A stretch of 28,840 nt of DNA, taken from Oligoflexales bacterium (GTDB taxonomy: Bacteria > Bdellovibrionota_B > Oligoflexia > Oligoflexales > RGVZ01). The position numbers and the translations under genes are program-made. The stretch spans positions 1 to 28,840 of the forward strand of contig JBIIGV010000027.1 in assembly GCA_044236265.1 (NCBI GenBank), given 5' to 3'. Below are positions 1-8,327 of this stretch, one piece after another; the stretch's first letter is position 1; the number at the start of each line of letters is the position of its first letter. The notes beneath the pieces are model-generated. The model did not search any database, had not been told where the DNA came from, and was given only the letters and a program-made list of their open reading frames with translations.

Positions 1-118
1 CCAGAGCGCGCTGACGCCTTTGACGCTGCGCCCAAGAAAGAATGGCGGCCGGGCTATAAGAGTGCAGGATCAGCGTGGCAATAAGACTACACACAGCAAC
101 CCAGTAGGTGTGGGTCAT
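1..118 (-). CDS. 5' part of a probable membrane/secreted protein (runs off the left edge)
   Basis: ATG at 118 lies just after the stop of the 120..1010 gene. The frame is open to the window edge and reads MTHTYWVAVCSLIATLILHSYSPAAILSWAQRQRRQRAL, with a hydrophobic N-terminus. It is not in the ORF track. Confidence 0.6.
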   Translation of the reverse strand, partial: MTHTYWVAVCSLIATLILHSYSPAAILSWAQRQRRQRAL

Positions 119-119
119 T

Positions 120-1010
120 TTATCCTGCCTTTGCTCGCGCCTGCGAGCTTAGGGAGATAAAGCTCTCAACTTCAGATGCCAGGTGGATAGAAATTTTAGA
201 AGGGGCCGCACTTAGTTTTGGCAACTTTTCGCTCAATTTTCGAAGCTCAGACTGAAGATGTATGTCGCTCATCTCAGGATGAAATTGACTAAGATATAAG
301 TCATTGGCTCCCACTAATAAACCAAGCTTCAGCGCGTCATCAAATGTGGTTCTGTCCTGACTCCAAGCATCTTGCTGAGGGCCGTTGGAGGCGGCGCAGA
401 CAAGAGTTTTTACTCCTTCCAGAAAGGTCGCGATCAATGCGAGATCACGCTCGTCAGGCGAGCTGATCATGACAATTCCTATATCTATTCCGGAAGTGTG
501 GATCAGACGCCAGGCTGCCAGAGGGTAGGGAGCCAGCGGGTGACTGAGTGGCAATGCCATGATGGTCCACTGCCCCCACTGCTTTTTGGTGGTGTTTCCG
601 TGAATCGAAATTTTTGATGGAAAGCTATCTATCCCGTTAAAAGGGGTTAAGCGGTTGGAACTCATGTCATTCAGGGCTTCTTCCATTTGGGATTTGCTAG
701 CGCTTGAAAAAAGCTCCAAATGACTTGATTTGAAGTGAATTGGCGCAAAAAACGGTAAGCCAAGAATCGAGTCCCAAAACAGGTCAGAAAAAAGTATCGC
801 ACAATGGAAGCGATCTTTTCGTGACTTGTGTTCATTCAACCAATTTGGAAGTGCTTGGTTTAGTCCAAATCCAGCATTTATAAAGATGTGACTGCTATCG
901 TCGCAAAGTTCGATGCAGGACGTGTTGCCGCCATAAGCGATATTTCGTCTGCCTGGCACCGGGTGAAATGCCCTTACGCCATGAAACTTCATGCGGCAGT
1001 TAGTGGCCAT
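120..1010 (-). CDS. MBL-fold (RNase Z / class II PDE-like) protein, metal-binding motifs degenerate
   Basis: N-terminal FHGVR..PV..YGGNTSCIE and WDSILGLPFF/LSHP motifs match the neighbouring MBL gene, but HxHxDH reads DLFWDS. GAGGAGG RBS lies just upstream of ATG 1010. Confidence 0.8.
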   Translation of the reverse strand: MATNCRMKFHGVRAFHPVPGRRNIAYGGNTSCIELCDDSSHIFINAGFGLNQALPNWLNEHKSRKDRFHCAILFSDLFWDSILGLPFFAPIHFKSSHLELFSSASKSQMEEALNDMSSNRLTPFNGIDSFPSKISIHGNTTKKQWGQWTIMALPLSHPLAPYPLAAWRLIHTSGIDIGIVMISSPDERDLALIATFLEGVKTLVCAASNGPQQDAWSQDRTTFDDALKLGLLVGANDLYLSQFHPEMSDIHLQSELRKLSEKLPKLSAAPSKISIHLASEVESFISLSSQARAKAG

Positions 1011-1906
1011 TCGTCCTCCTCACGGGCATTGACAACATCCATTCCCAGGTGGATAGCCAAGCGTTGCGCTAACATTTGTTTTTTCGCGATGTCTTGATCA
1101 AGATCCTCAGGCGCATGGTGGAACATGAACAAGCGTTTTACGCGCGCTTTAGCGCAAATATCCATTGCAAATTCTGGTGTTGCATGGCCCCAGTCGGCTT
1201 TCAGATTTTCTTGGTTAAAGTGCGTGTCAAAAACGACATTTGGAACGTCTTTTAGAAATTTTATCAACTGACTATTATAGTTTTTTTCGAACTTTTTAAC
1301 GCCCATAGACCTTGCCTGTTCGGTGAAGGTTTCTCCAAGTAGGTTTCCACCCTCGATCGAGGCAATGTCTGGTATGATGGCGGCGACGGAACTCTCGTAA
1401 CTTATCTTGTAACCTAACGTAATATGTTGATGGTTTACCTGAAAGCCAACGACTTTGACTTTTCCTTCAATGATAAATGTTTTCCCAGGGGTTACTTTGC
1501 TAAAGCTCAAGTTAGCTTTGATTGAGGGCTTGGGTATAGGTAGTCGTCCTGGTTTCATCAAGTCAAAAAATATGTCTTTGAACGGTACACCTGCGACATC
1601 AGGCGCATAAAAATGTATTTCGCAGTCGCTGCTTTCTACTTGACGCAAAAATGGAAGCATTAATACGTGGTCCCAGTGCGTATGTGTAATAAGAATGTGC
1701 AGCTTTTTACGTTGTGAGTTTGCAGATTTTAATGCTGACAGGTTTTGTAAACCGCTACCACCGTCCACGACGATTGAATAGTTCAAGCCGGTATCGAATT
1801 CGATACAAGTTGAATTTCCGCCATAAACTAGATTGTGCGGATCGTGCACAGGACGAGACCCTCGGACGCCATGGAACCTCAGAATTGCAGCAGGCGATTT
1901 TTTCAT
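989..1906 (-). CDS. MBL-fold metallo-hydrolase (Lactamase_B_2 / phosphodiesterase-like)
   Basis: Motifs GVRGSRP, YGGNSTCIE, VDGGSG, THTHWDH, VNH, WGH and FHHAP give a full metal-ligand set. ATGA overlap with the upstream gene. Confidence 0.9.
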   Translation of the reverse strand: MKKSPAAILRFHGVRGSRPVHDPHNLVYGGNSTCIEFDTGLNYSIVVDGGSGLQNLSALKSANSQRKKLHILITHTHWDHVLMLPFLRQVESSDCEIHFYAPDVAGVPFKDIFFDLMKPGRLPIPKPSIKANLSFSKVTPGKTFIIEGKVKVVGFQVNHQHITLGYKISYESSVAAIIPDIASIEGGNLLGETFTEQARSMGVKKFEKNYNSQLIKFLKDVPNVVFDTHFNQENLKADWGHATPEFAMDICAKARVKRLFMFHHAPEDLDQDIAKKQMLAQRLAIHLGMDVVNAREEDEWPLTAA

Positions 1907-2784
1907 GACGCCTCCTGTTCTGAAGCGTTTTCTGCATCTGAATTCGTGTTTTCAGTATTGGTAACTATCTTTATGAGACGAGATTGCGCACCGTTCAGTT
2001 CAATAATGATTCGCAAAGAGATTTGTGTGTGGCTTCGGCGAATCACAACCACAGAGGCTGCTGCTGGTGTCAAGAGGTCGGCAATTAGAAGCTGCTCATC
2101 CTCTGATTTTGTGTCGCACGTGACTTTGAAGTCCAATACAAGACCATCCGTTGAAAGATCGTAGGTCGTGATACGTTCGCCCAATTTTTCTGAGAGAAGT
2201 GCGAGTCCCTTGGCGATGGATGTAAATGAAGGATAGTTCACAATCCGGTGCTGTTTTGCCCATGGGAGTAAATTTGTGTGGGATTGTGAGATCCCGCAGG
2301 AGATAGATATAGACGAGGCGTACCACGATGACTGCGGGTGAATTCCATAAGCATGCATCAGAGCATGTAGTAATTTCAGGTCAAGTGTCAGACCGGCTTG
2401 CTCTGATGAGAGAGTGATTTTGGAGTTGCCAGATAATTTTTTTGATGCCTGGTTTGATAAAATGTAAATGTGGTCCCAGGACGATCCGTGATCATCGCTA
2501 TGGGGAAGTTTCATACTGTCTGGCAATAAAAGAACAGAGTTTGGCTCTGGAATCGACGGCAGCGAATTAATCTGGTCGACAACTTTAACACATTGTCCCA
2601 AAGCAAGAGCAGAACCCTTGAGTTTACGCATGGCAGCGCTGTTACCCTCGGGGCTGATAATGTAGAAAATTGGAGCGGGACCTTTCAACTGGTTCTCCCG
2701 AAATTGTTCGATCTCAAACATGAAGATTCTGTAAGGTAATCGGATATTTCGGGGGAAAGTTAACCAGAACCCCAAAGCGTTCAT
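1903..2784 (-). CDS. hypothetical protein (start uncertain)
   Basis: 293-aa ORF fills the gap between pgsA and the MBL gene. Its stop overlaps the MBL start (ATGA). No recognisable motif. Confidence 0.7.
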   Translation of the reverse strand: MNALGFWLTFPRNIRLPYRIFMFEIEQFRENQLKGPAPIFYIISPEGNSAAMRKLKGSALALGQCVKVVDQINSLPSIPEPNSVLLLPDSMKLPHSDDHGSSWDHIYILSNQASKKLSGNSKITLSSEQAGLTLDLKLLHALMHAYGIHPQSSWYASSISISCGISQSHTNLLPWAKQHRIVNYPSFTSIAKGLALLSEKLGERITTYDLSTDGLVLDFKVTCDTKSEDEQLLIADLLTPAAASVVVIRRSHTQISLRIIIELNGAQSRLIKIVTNTENTNSDAENASEQEAS

Positions 2785-2823
2785 ACGCTTGCGGGCGATC
2801 TGTAACGGGGCTATGAATATGAT

Positions 2824-3414
2824 TTAGCTGTGTTCAGTGGGGTGATTTTGTGAATTACCAAGAAATTCGCGGAAGTACAAATACCCTGAGTAGAGGCTTA
2901 CAATCAGTGCAAGCCATATTGCTGACATCCCGATTGTTCTGAATGGAATGTCAAACCATGTAATATCCCGCATAAGCAGACAGAAGATTCCTAGGTCCTG
3001 GAAGATCGTCTTTATCTTCCCGAATGAACTGACCTCGATCGTGTAACCATCCTCTAATGCCATCAGGCGCATGCCGCTGACTGCGATATCGCGACAAAGC
3101 AAAAAACCGCAAATCCAGGGTGGAAGGATATCTCCGTCCGCTAATAAGAGAAGCGACGCTGCCGAAAGCATTTTGTCTGCAATTGGATCGAGCAAAGCTC
3201 CAAGGCGACTCTCTTGGTTGTAGAGGCGGGCTAAATAGCCATCGAGAATATCCGTAAGACCCGCGAGTCCGAAGATCAAGGCACAAAGAATGTCAGTAAA
3301 TTGGGTTTTCGTGGGATAGATAACTAAAAGAAATGGAATTGCCAAAATTCTCGTTAAGGTCAGTTGGTTGGGGAGCTGGCTTAGCCAGGCAGCCTTGCTT
3401 GTTGGACGAGGCAT
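2824..3414 (-). CDS. pgsA: CDP-diacylglycerol--glycerol-3-phosphate 3-phosphatidyltransferase
   Basis: LPNQLTLTRI, TDILDGYLAR, LGALLDPIADK and GKIKT form the CDP-alcohol phosphatidyltransferase signature, with hydrophobic segments. Confidence 0.93.
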   Translation of the reverse strand: MPRPTSKAAWLSQLPNQLTLTRILAIPFLLVIYPTKTQFTDILCALIFGLAGLTDILDGYLARLYNQESRLGALLDPIADKMLSAASLLLLADGDILPPWICGFLLCRDIAVSGMRLMALEDGYTIEVSSFGKIKTIFQDLGIFCLLMRDITWFDIPFRTIGMSAIWLALIVSLYSGYLYFREFLGNSQNHPTEHS

Positions 3415-3450
3415 GGAACTGGTCTTTCCTCAAAAGTTGGCTTAAGGCGA

Positions 3451-3479
3451 ACGGTATCGTAAATCATAGAACTGTGCAA
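3451..3479 (-). promoter_or_regulatory. putative sigma70 promoter for the pgsA operon
   Basis: Minus strand TTGCAC-N17-TACCGT in the pgsA/nadB divergent gap. A plus-strand TG-c-TACAAA (3493-3501) may serve nadB. Confidence 0.45.
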
Positions 3480-3537
3480 GTCCTCGAAATGGTGCTACAA
3501 ACCATGGTGTGAATGCTTTTAGGTAGGGTTACGATAT

Positions 3538-5121
3538 TTGAACACCGGAAATTTCAATACTGATTATTTGGTGGTCGGCGGTGGTATCGCTGGATTGTCG
3601 CTAGCTTTGAAGCTTGCGAGTAAGGGCAAGGTAACCGTCGTCGTCAAGAATGGGCTCGAAGAGAGCAATACCTGGTATGCTCAGGGCGGTATTGCGTCGG
3701 TGCTTGATCCGACTGATAGCTTTGAAAACCACGTCCGTGACACGATGATTGCCGGTGCTGGTTTGTGCCACGAGGAGGTTGTGAGGCTCGTGGTGTCGGA
3801 AGGGCCAAGGCTGGTCAAGGAATTGGCGGAAATTGGCGCCAGATTCGATTCAGATAAGGACGGAGCGTGGCATTTGACGCGAGAAGGTGGTCACAGCCAT
3901 CGCAGAATCATTCATTCGCAAGATGTTACTGGAAAAGTTGTCGCTGAGGCTTTGATTGCTAAGGCTAAAGCTGATCCAAAAATTGAAATTTTAGAGCAGT
4001 TTACTGCAATAGACCTGATTACGACCGATAAAGTCGCGCCAGACTTCTCCAAGAACAGCTGCCTCGGTGGCTGGTTTTTTGATCGGCGTGCAAGACGCGT
4101 TGTCAGAATCACGAGCGGATTGACATTTCTTTGCACTGGCGGACACGGGAAGCTTTATCTTTACACCTCCAATCCCGACAGTGCTACAGGTGATGGTCTG
4201 GCAATCGGTTGGCGTGCAGGGTGTCGTGTTGCAAATCTTGAATTCATGCAGTTTCATCCGACCTGTTTATTTCATCCCAAAGCTAAGAATTTTTTAATTA
4301 GTGAAGCTGTTCGGGGAGAGGGTGGCGTGCTGAAGGACATGCGTGGACGATCCTTTATGGAGGATTATCACCCCATGGGATCTCTGGCTCCACGTGATAT
4401 CGTCGCACGAGCTATTGATACTGAATTGAAAATGTCTGGTGACCAGCATGTTTGGCTTGACGTCAGGGCTTTGGGTGCGGATCGCATTAGAAAGTCGTTT
4501 CCAAATATCTATGAAATGTGTCTCAAACATGGAATCGACATGGCTGTAGATATGGTTCCAGTGGTACCAGCGGCGCACTATAGTTGCGGGGGACTGGTTA
4601 CAGATAGCGATGCTCGAACTAATGTTGAGCGTCTATACGCGGTTGGTGAAGTCGCCTGCACGGGGCTGCATGGAGCCAATCGATTGGCGTCAAACAGCCT
4701 TCTCGAAGCCATGGTTTTTGCGGACCGGGCTGCAAATGATGCGATGACTAGAACGGATTTGGCTAGTCCGTCATTGGTCGAGGCTGCATGGACTAACGTG
4801 GACCAACCCGGCCCAGATGAGCAGGTTGTATTGACGCATTCCTGGGATGAGATCAGACGGGTCATGTGGAACTATGTTGGGATCGTTCGTAGCGAACATC
4901 GTCTAAAACGAGCCTTGTCACGAATTGAAAATATTCGTCAGGAAGTTGATGAGTATTGGTGGCGTAATCGGGTCTCAAACGAGGTGCTTGAAGTGCGAAA
5001 TTTGGCTGCGGTAGCCTGGCTGACGGTACGATCTGCGATGGCCAGAAAAGAATCCCGCGGAATCCACTTCATGCTTGATTGGCCTGAAGCGTCTTCCGCG
5101 GGCAAGGATACGATTCTTTAA
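3538..5121 (+). CDS. nadB: L-aspartate oxidase
   Basis: Motifs GGGIAG, SNTWYAQGGIA, REGGHSHRRIIH, EFMQFHPT, LISEAVRGEGG, PAAHYSCGG, GLHGANRLASNSLLE and RKESRG. TTG start. Confidence 0.96.
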   Translation: MNTGNFNTDYLVVGGGIAGLSLALKLASKGKVTVVVKNGLEESNTWYAQGGIASVLDPTDSFENHVRDTMIAGAGLCHEEVVRLVVSEGPRLVKELAEIGARFDSDKDGAWHLTREGGHSHRRIIHSQDVTGKVVAEALIAKAKADPKIEILEQFTAIDLITTDKVAPDFSKNSCLGGWFFDRRARRVVRITSGLTFLCTGGHGKLYLYTSNPDSATGDGLAIGWRAGCRVANLEFMQFHPTCLFHPKAKNFLISEAVRGEGGVLKDMRGRSFMEDYHPMGSLAPRDIVARAIDTELKMSGDQHVWLDVRALGADRIRKSFPNIYEMCLKHGIDMAVDMVPVVPAAHYSCGGLVTDSDARTNVERLYAVGEVACTGLHGANRLASNSLLEAMVFADRAANDAMTRTDLASPSLVEAAWTNVDQPGPDEQVVLTHSWDEIRRVMWNYVGIVRSEHRLKRALSRIENIRQEVDEYWWRNRVSNEVLEVRNLAAVAWLTVRSAMARKESRGIHFMLDWPEASSAGKDTIL

Positions 5122-5128
5122 TTCCATG

Positions 5129-5647
5129 CTAGAACGACTCTGCACCAATGCGGTGTGCGCCGGAGCCCGCAGTTGGAAGCAGTGTTGAAGGAGTTGGCCT
5201 GCTTGGATCGACCGGTGGAACGAACACATTGACGCCCTTGATCTGCTCAGGTGTGCAGAGACGGACGGACTCAAAAACAAGAGCAACGATATCGTCGCGA
5301 GCATCTGCAGGCGACTCAATCAGAATGGATCCGTCAACGGTGCGTGCTCGTCGAATTCCCACCTGAAGTGTTTGACCATCCTTTTCAACAGTCACTGGAT
5401 GGGTTTTGGATTTAATCTGAAATCCTTTTTCCATCAGTTGTTGAAAAATCATTTCGCGATCAAAGCTGTCGTGTCTGACTGCTGCTGCCACGCGACTTTT
5501 CTCGCAAATTGGGCAACGACGGCCAGCCCAACGGTGTCCATTTTCGTCCGTGTAAACTTTGGAGCCGTCCTTCATTTTTTGGCCGGTCCAATTCCAGACG
5601 CGTTCAGCGAAACAATAGCCACAGGTGCGTGTTTTTAGTCCTTCCAT
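5129..5647 (-). CDS. hypothetical protein with N-terminal CxxC...CxxC Zn-finger
   Basis: CGYC and CPIC pairs. ATG 5647 is preceded by AGGAG, so it is preferred over the ORF-track start at 5671. Confidence 0.75.
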   Translation of the reverse strand: MEGLKTRTCGYCFAERVWNWTGQKMKDGSKVYTDENGHRWAGRRCPICEKSRVAAAVRHDSFDREMIFQQLMEKGFQIKSKTHPVTVEKDGQTLQVGIRRARTVDGSILIESPADARDDIVALVFESVRLCTPEQIKGVNVFVPPVDPSRPTPSTLLPTAGSGAHRIGAESF

Positions 5648-5696
5648 GAGACTTAAACTCCTAGCCGACAAATTTAAATTTGGGTTTCAAGTGGGT

Positions 5697-5725
5697 AGTC
5701 TACATGACAAAACCGGGAATTTCAA
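5697..5725 (-). promoter_or_regulatory. putative sigma70 promoter of the Zn-finger gene
   Basis: Minus strand TTGAAA-N17-TAGACT, ~50 nt upstream of ATG 5647. Confidence 0.6.
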
Positions 5726-5757
5726 AGAATGCCTAGAAAAAAATAAAAACCTAAAAT

Positions 5758-5770
5758 AATCAAGTGTTTA
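5758..5770. promoter_or_regulatory. IHF-consensus-like site
   Basis: AATCAAGTGTTTA matches WATCAANNNNTTR exactly, with an A-tract upstream, in an intergenic region. Confidence 0.45.
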
Positions 5771-5800
5771 GAATGCTTGGATAACATATTTAAAACCGAG

Positions 5801-6556
5801 TCAAAGGTCATACTGCCTTTTCAGTGATTGCCAGCGTCCCGATAGTTTCATGGCTTTAACGCAGGTGTCCAAGCGACGAATGATGCTCGGATCGCGCTTG
5901 TAGAATGGGCTGTTTTTAGACATGACGAAAAAGTAGTCCTGAGTCTGCAATGAAAAATTTGTATTTCTAATTTTATCTTGGAGCTGAAGTTTCTTACTGC
6001 GCCAGCGAATTTCGGGGCTCGACACAATGGTTGCGTCGATCCTTTTCTTAGCTAGCATTTTCACCACCTGGTCAGGATCGTTAAGCTCGAGTGACTCAAC
6101 GGCTCCACCTTTTCTTTTTCGCTGTTCAAAATAATCTCGGAATTGATCTGAGGGTCGAAGTCCAACCAGCTGTCCTAGTGAAAGCCCGTCCAAATCAGAG
6201 ATACGGCGTATCGGTTTTTTAATGTGTGCGCCCGTCCATACTGCGTACGTGTTGGAGAAAACCACCTCTTTGCCGTATTCAAGTATCTTTGCGCGATCGT
6301 TTTTGTAGCTCATAATATTAATATCTAAATCCCCTTGTTCCATGTGCTTAAACATGCGTCGAATGGGGTACATATCAAATGAAACATTCGAATCAATTTT
6401 CTCGCCACATTGAGATAAAATTTCCCACCCCATCCCTCGCGCCGTTTTTGATTCCTGAATGAAAAATGGAGGCCAATCTGGGGCGCTAGCCGTCAGAGTT
6501 CGCCCCGAGGCAGATGTATTGGCGACTAAACATATGAGGCTAAGCAACAGCTTCAT
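5801..6556 (-). CDS. periplasmic substrate-binding protein (SBP family 3-like)
   Basis: Signal peptide, DWPPF, YPIRR, GDLDI, MLAKKRIDA and C-terminal MKLSGRWQSLKRQY, typical of SBP_bac_3 proteins. Overlaps the upstream gene by 17 nt. Confidence 0.85.
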   Translation of the reverse strand: MKLLLSLICLVANTSASGRTLTASAPDWPPFFIQESKTARGMGWEILSQCGEKIDSNVSFDMYPIRRMFKHMEQGDLDINIMSYKNDRAKILEYGKEVVFSNTYAVWTGAHIKKPIRRISDLDGLSLGQLVGLRPSDQFRDYFEQRKRKGGAVESLELNDPDQVVKMLAKKRIDATIVSSPEIRWRSKKLQLQDKIRNTNFSLQTQDYFFVMSKNSPFYKRDPSIIRRLDTCVKAMKLSGRWQSLKRQYDL

Positions 6557-8075
6557 GTTCGTCGTCCTTTCTCGTGTCGATGACCATTAAACAAATGTCA
6601 TCACTCGCGGAAGCTCCTGACATGTGTATTTGGAGCCTTTGTAGTATTCGGTCTAGGAGCACGGACGGAGGATACCTACGATCGAGTGTTCGTAACATTT
6701 TTATGAAATCACGTTGGAACGTGGTGTTTGTTTTATTTCTAGCCTCGCTCAGACCATCGCTGAATAGACAGATGATGTCGTCATCGCCTAAGCGATGTGC
6801 CGTATCTTTATAAGGTGGTGGTGCCGTGGCTTTAGTCAGGAACTCGAAGCCAAGTGGCGACTGAGCTGGAGCTGCGAGAGGGGAGACATTCATTTTCCCT
6901 GAATTGGTCTTTAAAATGATCGGTAGAGGGTGACCAGCACTCGATATCAAAACTTTTCGGGACGCCACATCAATCTTAATAATAGATACGGTCATTGCAA
7001 GCTGACATTCATGTAAGATTGTGACTAATGCACTACGTAATATATTGAGAACGGTGGCAGGCGTGAATGACTTGCTATTCTGTTGAATCAGTGGCGTTAA
7101 GGTTTGGATCGCGCCGAAGGCTGCCATAGTGACGAGGCCTTGGGGGATGCCATGCCCTGTGACATCACCAACCATCGCATAGATGGTGCGGCCCTTATCA
7201 CATTCAAAAACGGTAAGCCAATCACCAGAGAGGTTTGACATGGGCTGGTAGTATTGTGCCACCCGACGCGCCGTGTTAAAGCCTCTGGTCGCGTTCATCG
7301 ATCTTTGAAGTGTCTCGGCGATGCCCAGCTCAGTTTTGAGAATAGTGGCAGCTTGCATCGTTTCGATGATTTGCCTCTCTCTGGAGGCAATTTTTTCAGC
7401 CATATAATTCACTTCTTCTGTAATTTTGAGAAGCTCGCGCTGAGGAACTTGCGGGAGTTTTTCTTTATATTGCCCGCTTGCGATATTTTGTATGCCTTTG
7501 ATCAGCTTATTGATCGGCAAAACAAGAAAGCGCTCAACAAGCGGTACAACGAGGAAGAAGACAACGATGACAATCGAAAGAACCGTTAACAAAATTGTTA
7601 TGAAGAAATTGCGTAATGCGTTTGCATAGAGTGAAGTTGTCGATGCGCCAACAGAGACGATGCCGATTTTTTTGCCCTTATAAATGATGTCCTTTGACGA
7701 ACGAATATCAACCGAACGTCCGGCCTTTTTGAACTCTGTGATGAGGCTACCGGTATCGTCGAAAACCTTGACGCTTGAAATGCCGTTGTCCAAGCCGTGG
7801 GTTCCCGCAAGAGCTTTGATTTCAGTTTCATTGTAGGTCCAAACCGGTAGAGCAAGCAGGTTAGCTAGATTATTTGCACTACTGATCACGCTACTTCTTA
7901 ACTCTGACCGGTCAGATCGAGTCTGGTAGATGAACGAGATAAGGCCAGCTATGAGAAGGGATGCTGAGAGTGCAACCACAAGTCGAGATGCCAGATCGCG
8001 CGCAATGGTGCGCTGCTGGTACTTCATTTGCAGCTGTGCGGAGCTGCGTAAAAAATTTGCGAACATTTTGTTCAA
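6540..8075 (-). CDS. membrane sensor phosphatase: 2 TM + periplasmic domain + HAMP + SpoIIE/PP2C
   Basis: Two TM helices, a HAMP domain (PINKL...ELLKITEEVNYMAEKI), and PP2C motifs SGD, GDVTGHG, SAGHP, FSDGL and DDIC. Confidence 0.9.
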   Translation of the reverse strand: MNKMFANFLRSSAQLQMKYQQRTIARDLASRLVVALSASLLIAGLISFIYQTRSDRSELRSSVISSANNLANLLALPVWTYNETEIKALAGTHGLDNGISSVKVFDDTGSLITEFKKAGRSVDIRSSKDIIYKGKKIGIVSVGASTTSLYANALRNFFITILLTVLSIVIVVFFLVVPLVERFLVLPINKLIKGIQNIASGQYKEKLPQVPQRELLKITEEVNYMAEKIASRERQIIETMQAATILKTELGIAETLQRSMNATRGFNTARRVAQYYQPMSNLSGDWLTVFECDKGRTIYAMVGDVTGHGIPQGLVTMAAFGAIQTLTPLIQQNSKSFTPATVLNILRSALVTILHECQLAMTVSIIKIDVASRKVLISSAGHPLPIILKTNSGKMNVSPLAAPAQSPLGFEFLTKATAPPPYKDTAHRLGDDDIICLFSDGLSEARNKTNTTFQRDFIKMLRTLDRRYPPSVLLDRILQRLQIHMSGASASDDICLMVIDTRKDDEHEAVA

Positions 8076-8131
8076 AATTTTTTAATCCTCTGGGATCTGA
8101 AAAAAACTCAATACAACATAGCTCAGAGAAA

Positions 8132-8158
8132 TTATCGGAAATATTCTGTAAATGTTCA
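8132..8158 (-). promoter_or_regulatory. putative sigma28 (FliA) promoter
   Basis: Minus strand TGAACATT-N11-TCCGATAA versus consensus TAAAGTTT-N11-GCCGATAA, ~55 nt upstream of the PP2C gene. Confidence 0.55.
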
Positions 8159-8327
8159 TACATTGAGATTGAAAAAAGGAGAAAAAAACTCTAGTCAGTC
8201 AATGGGTTCGGTGGGTTGCCGCTGTGTACAGACTTTGCCTGCCAAGGTTTTGGATGCTTGGATGATAAACTATAGTTGTGTTTCTTGGGTGTAACATCTT
8301 GTATTTCGTTGCTGAGGGCGTGATTTT

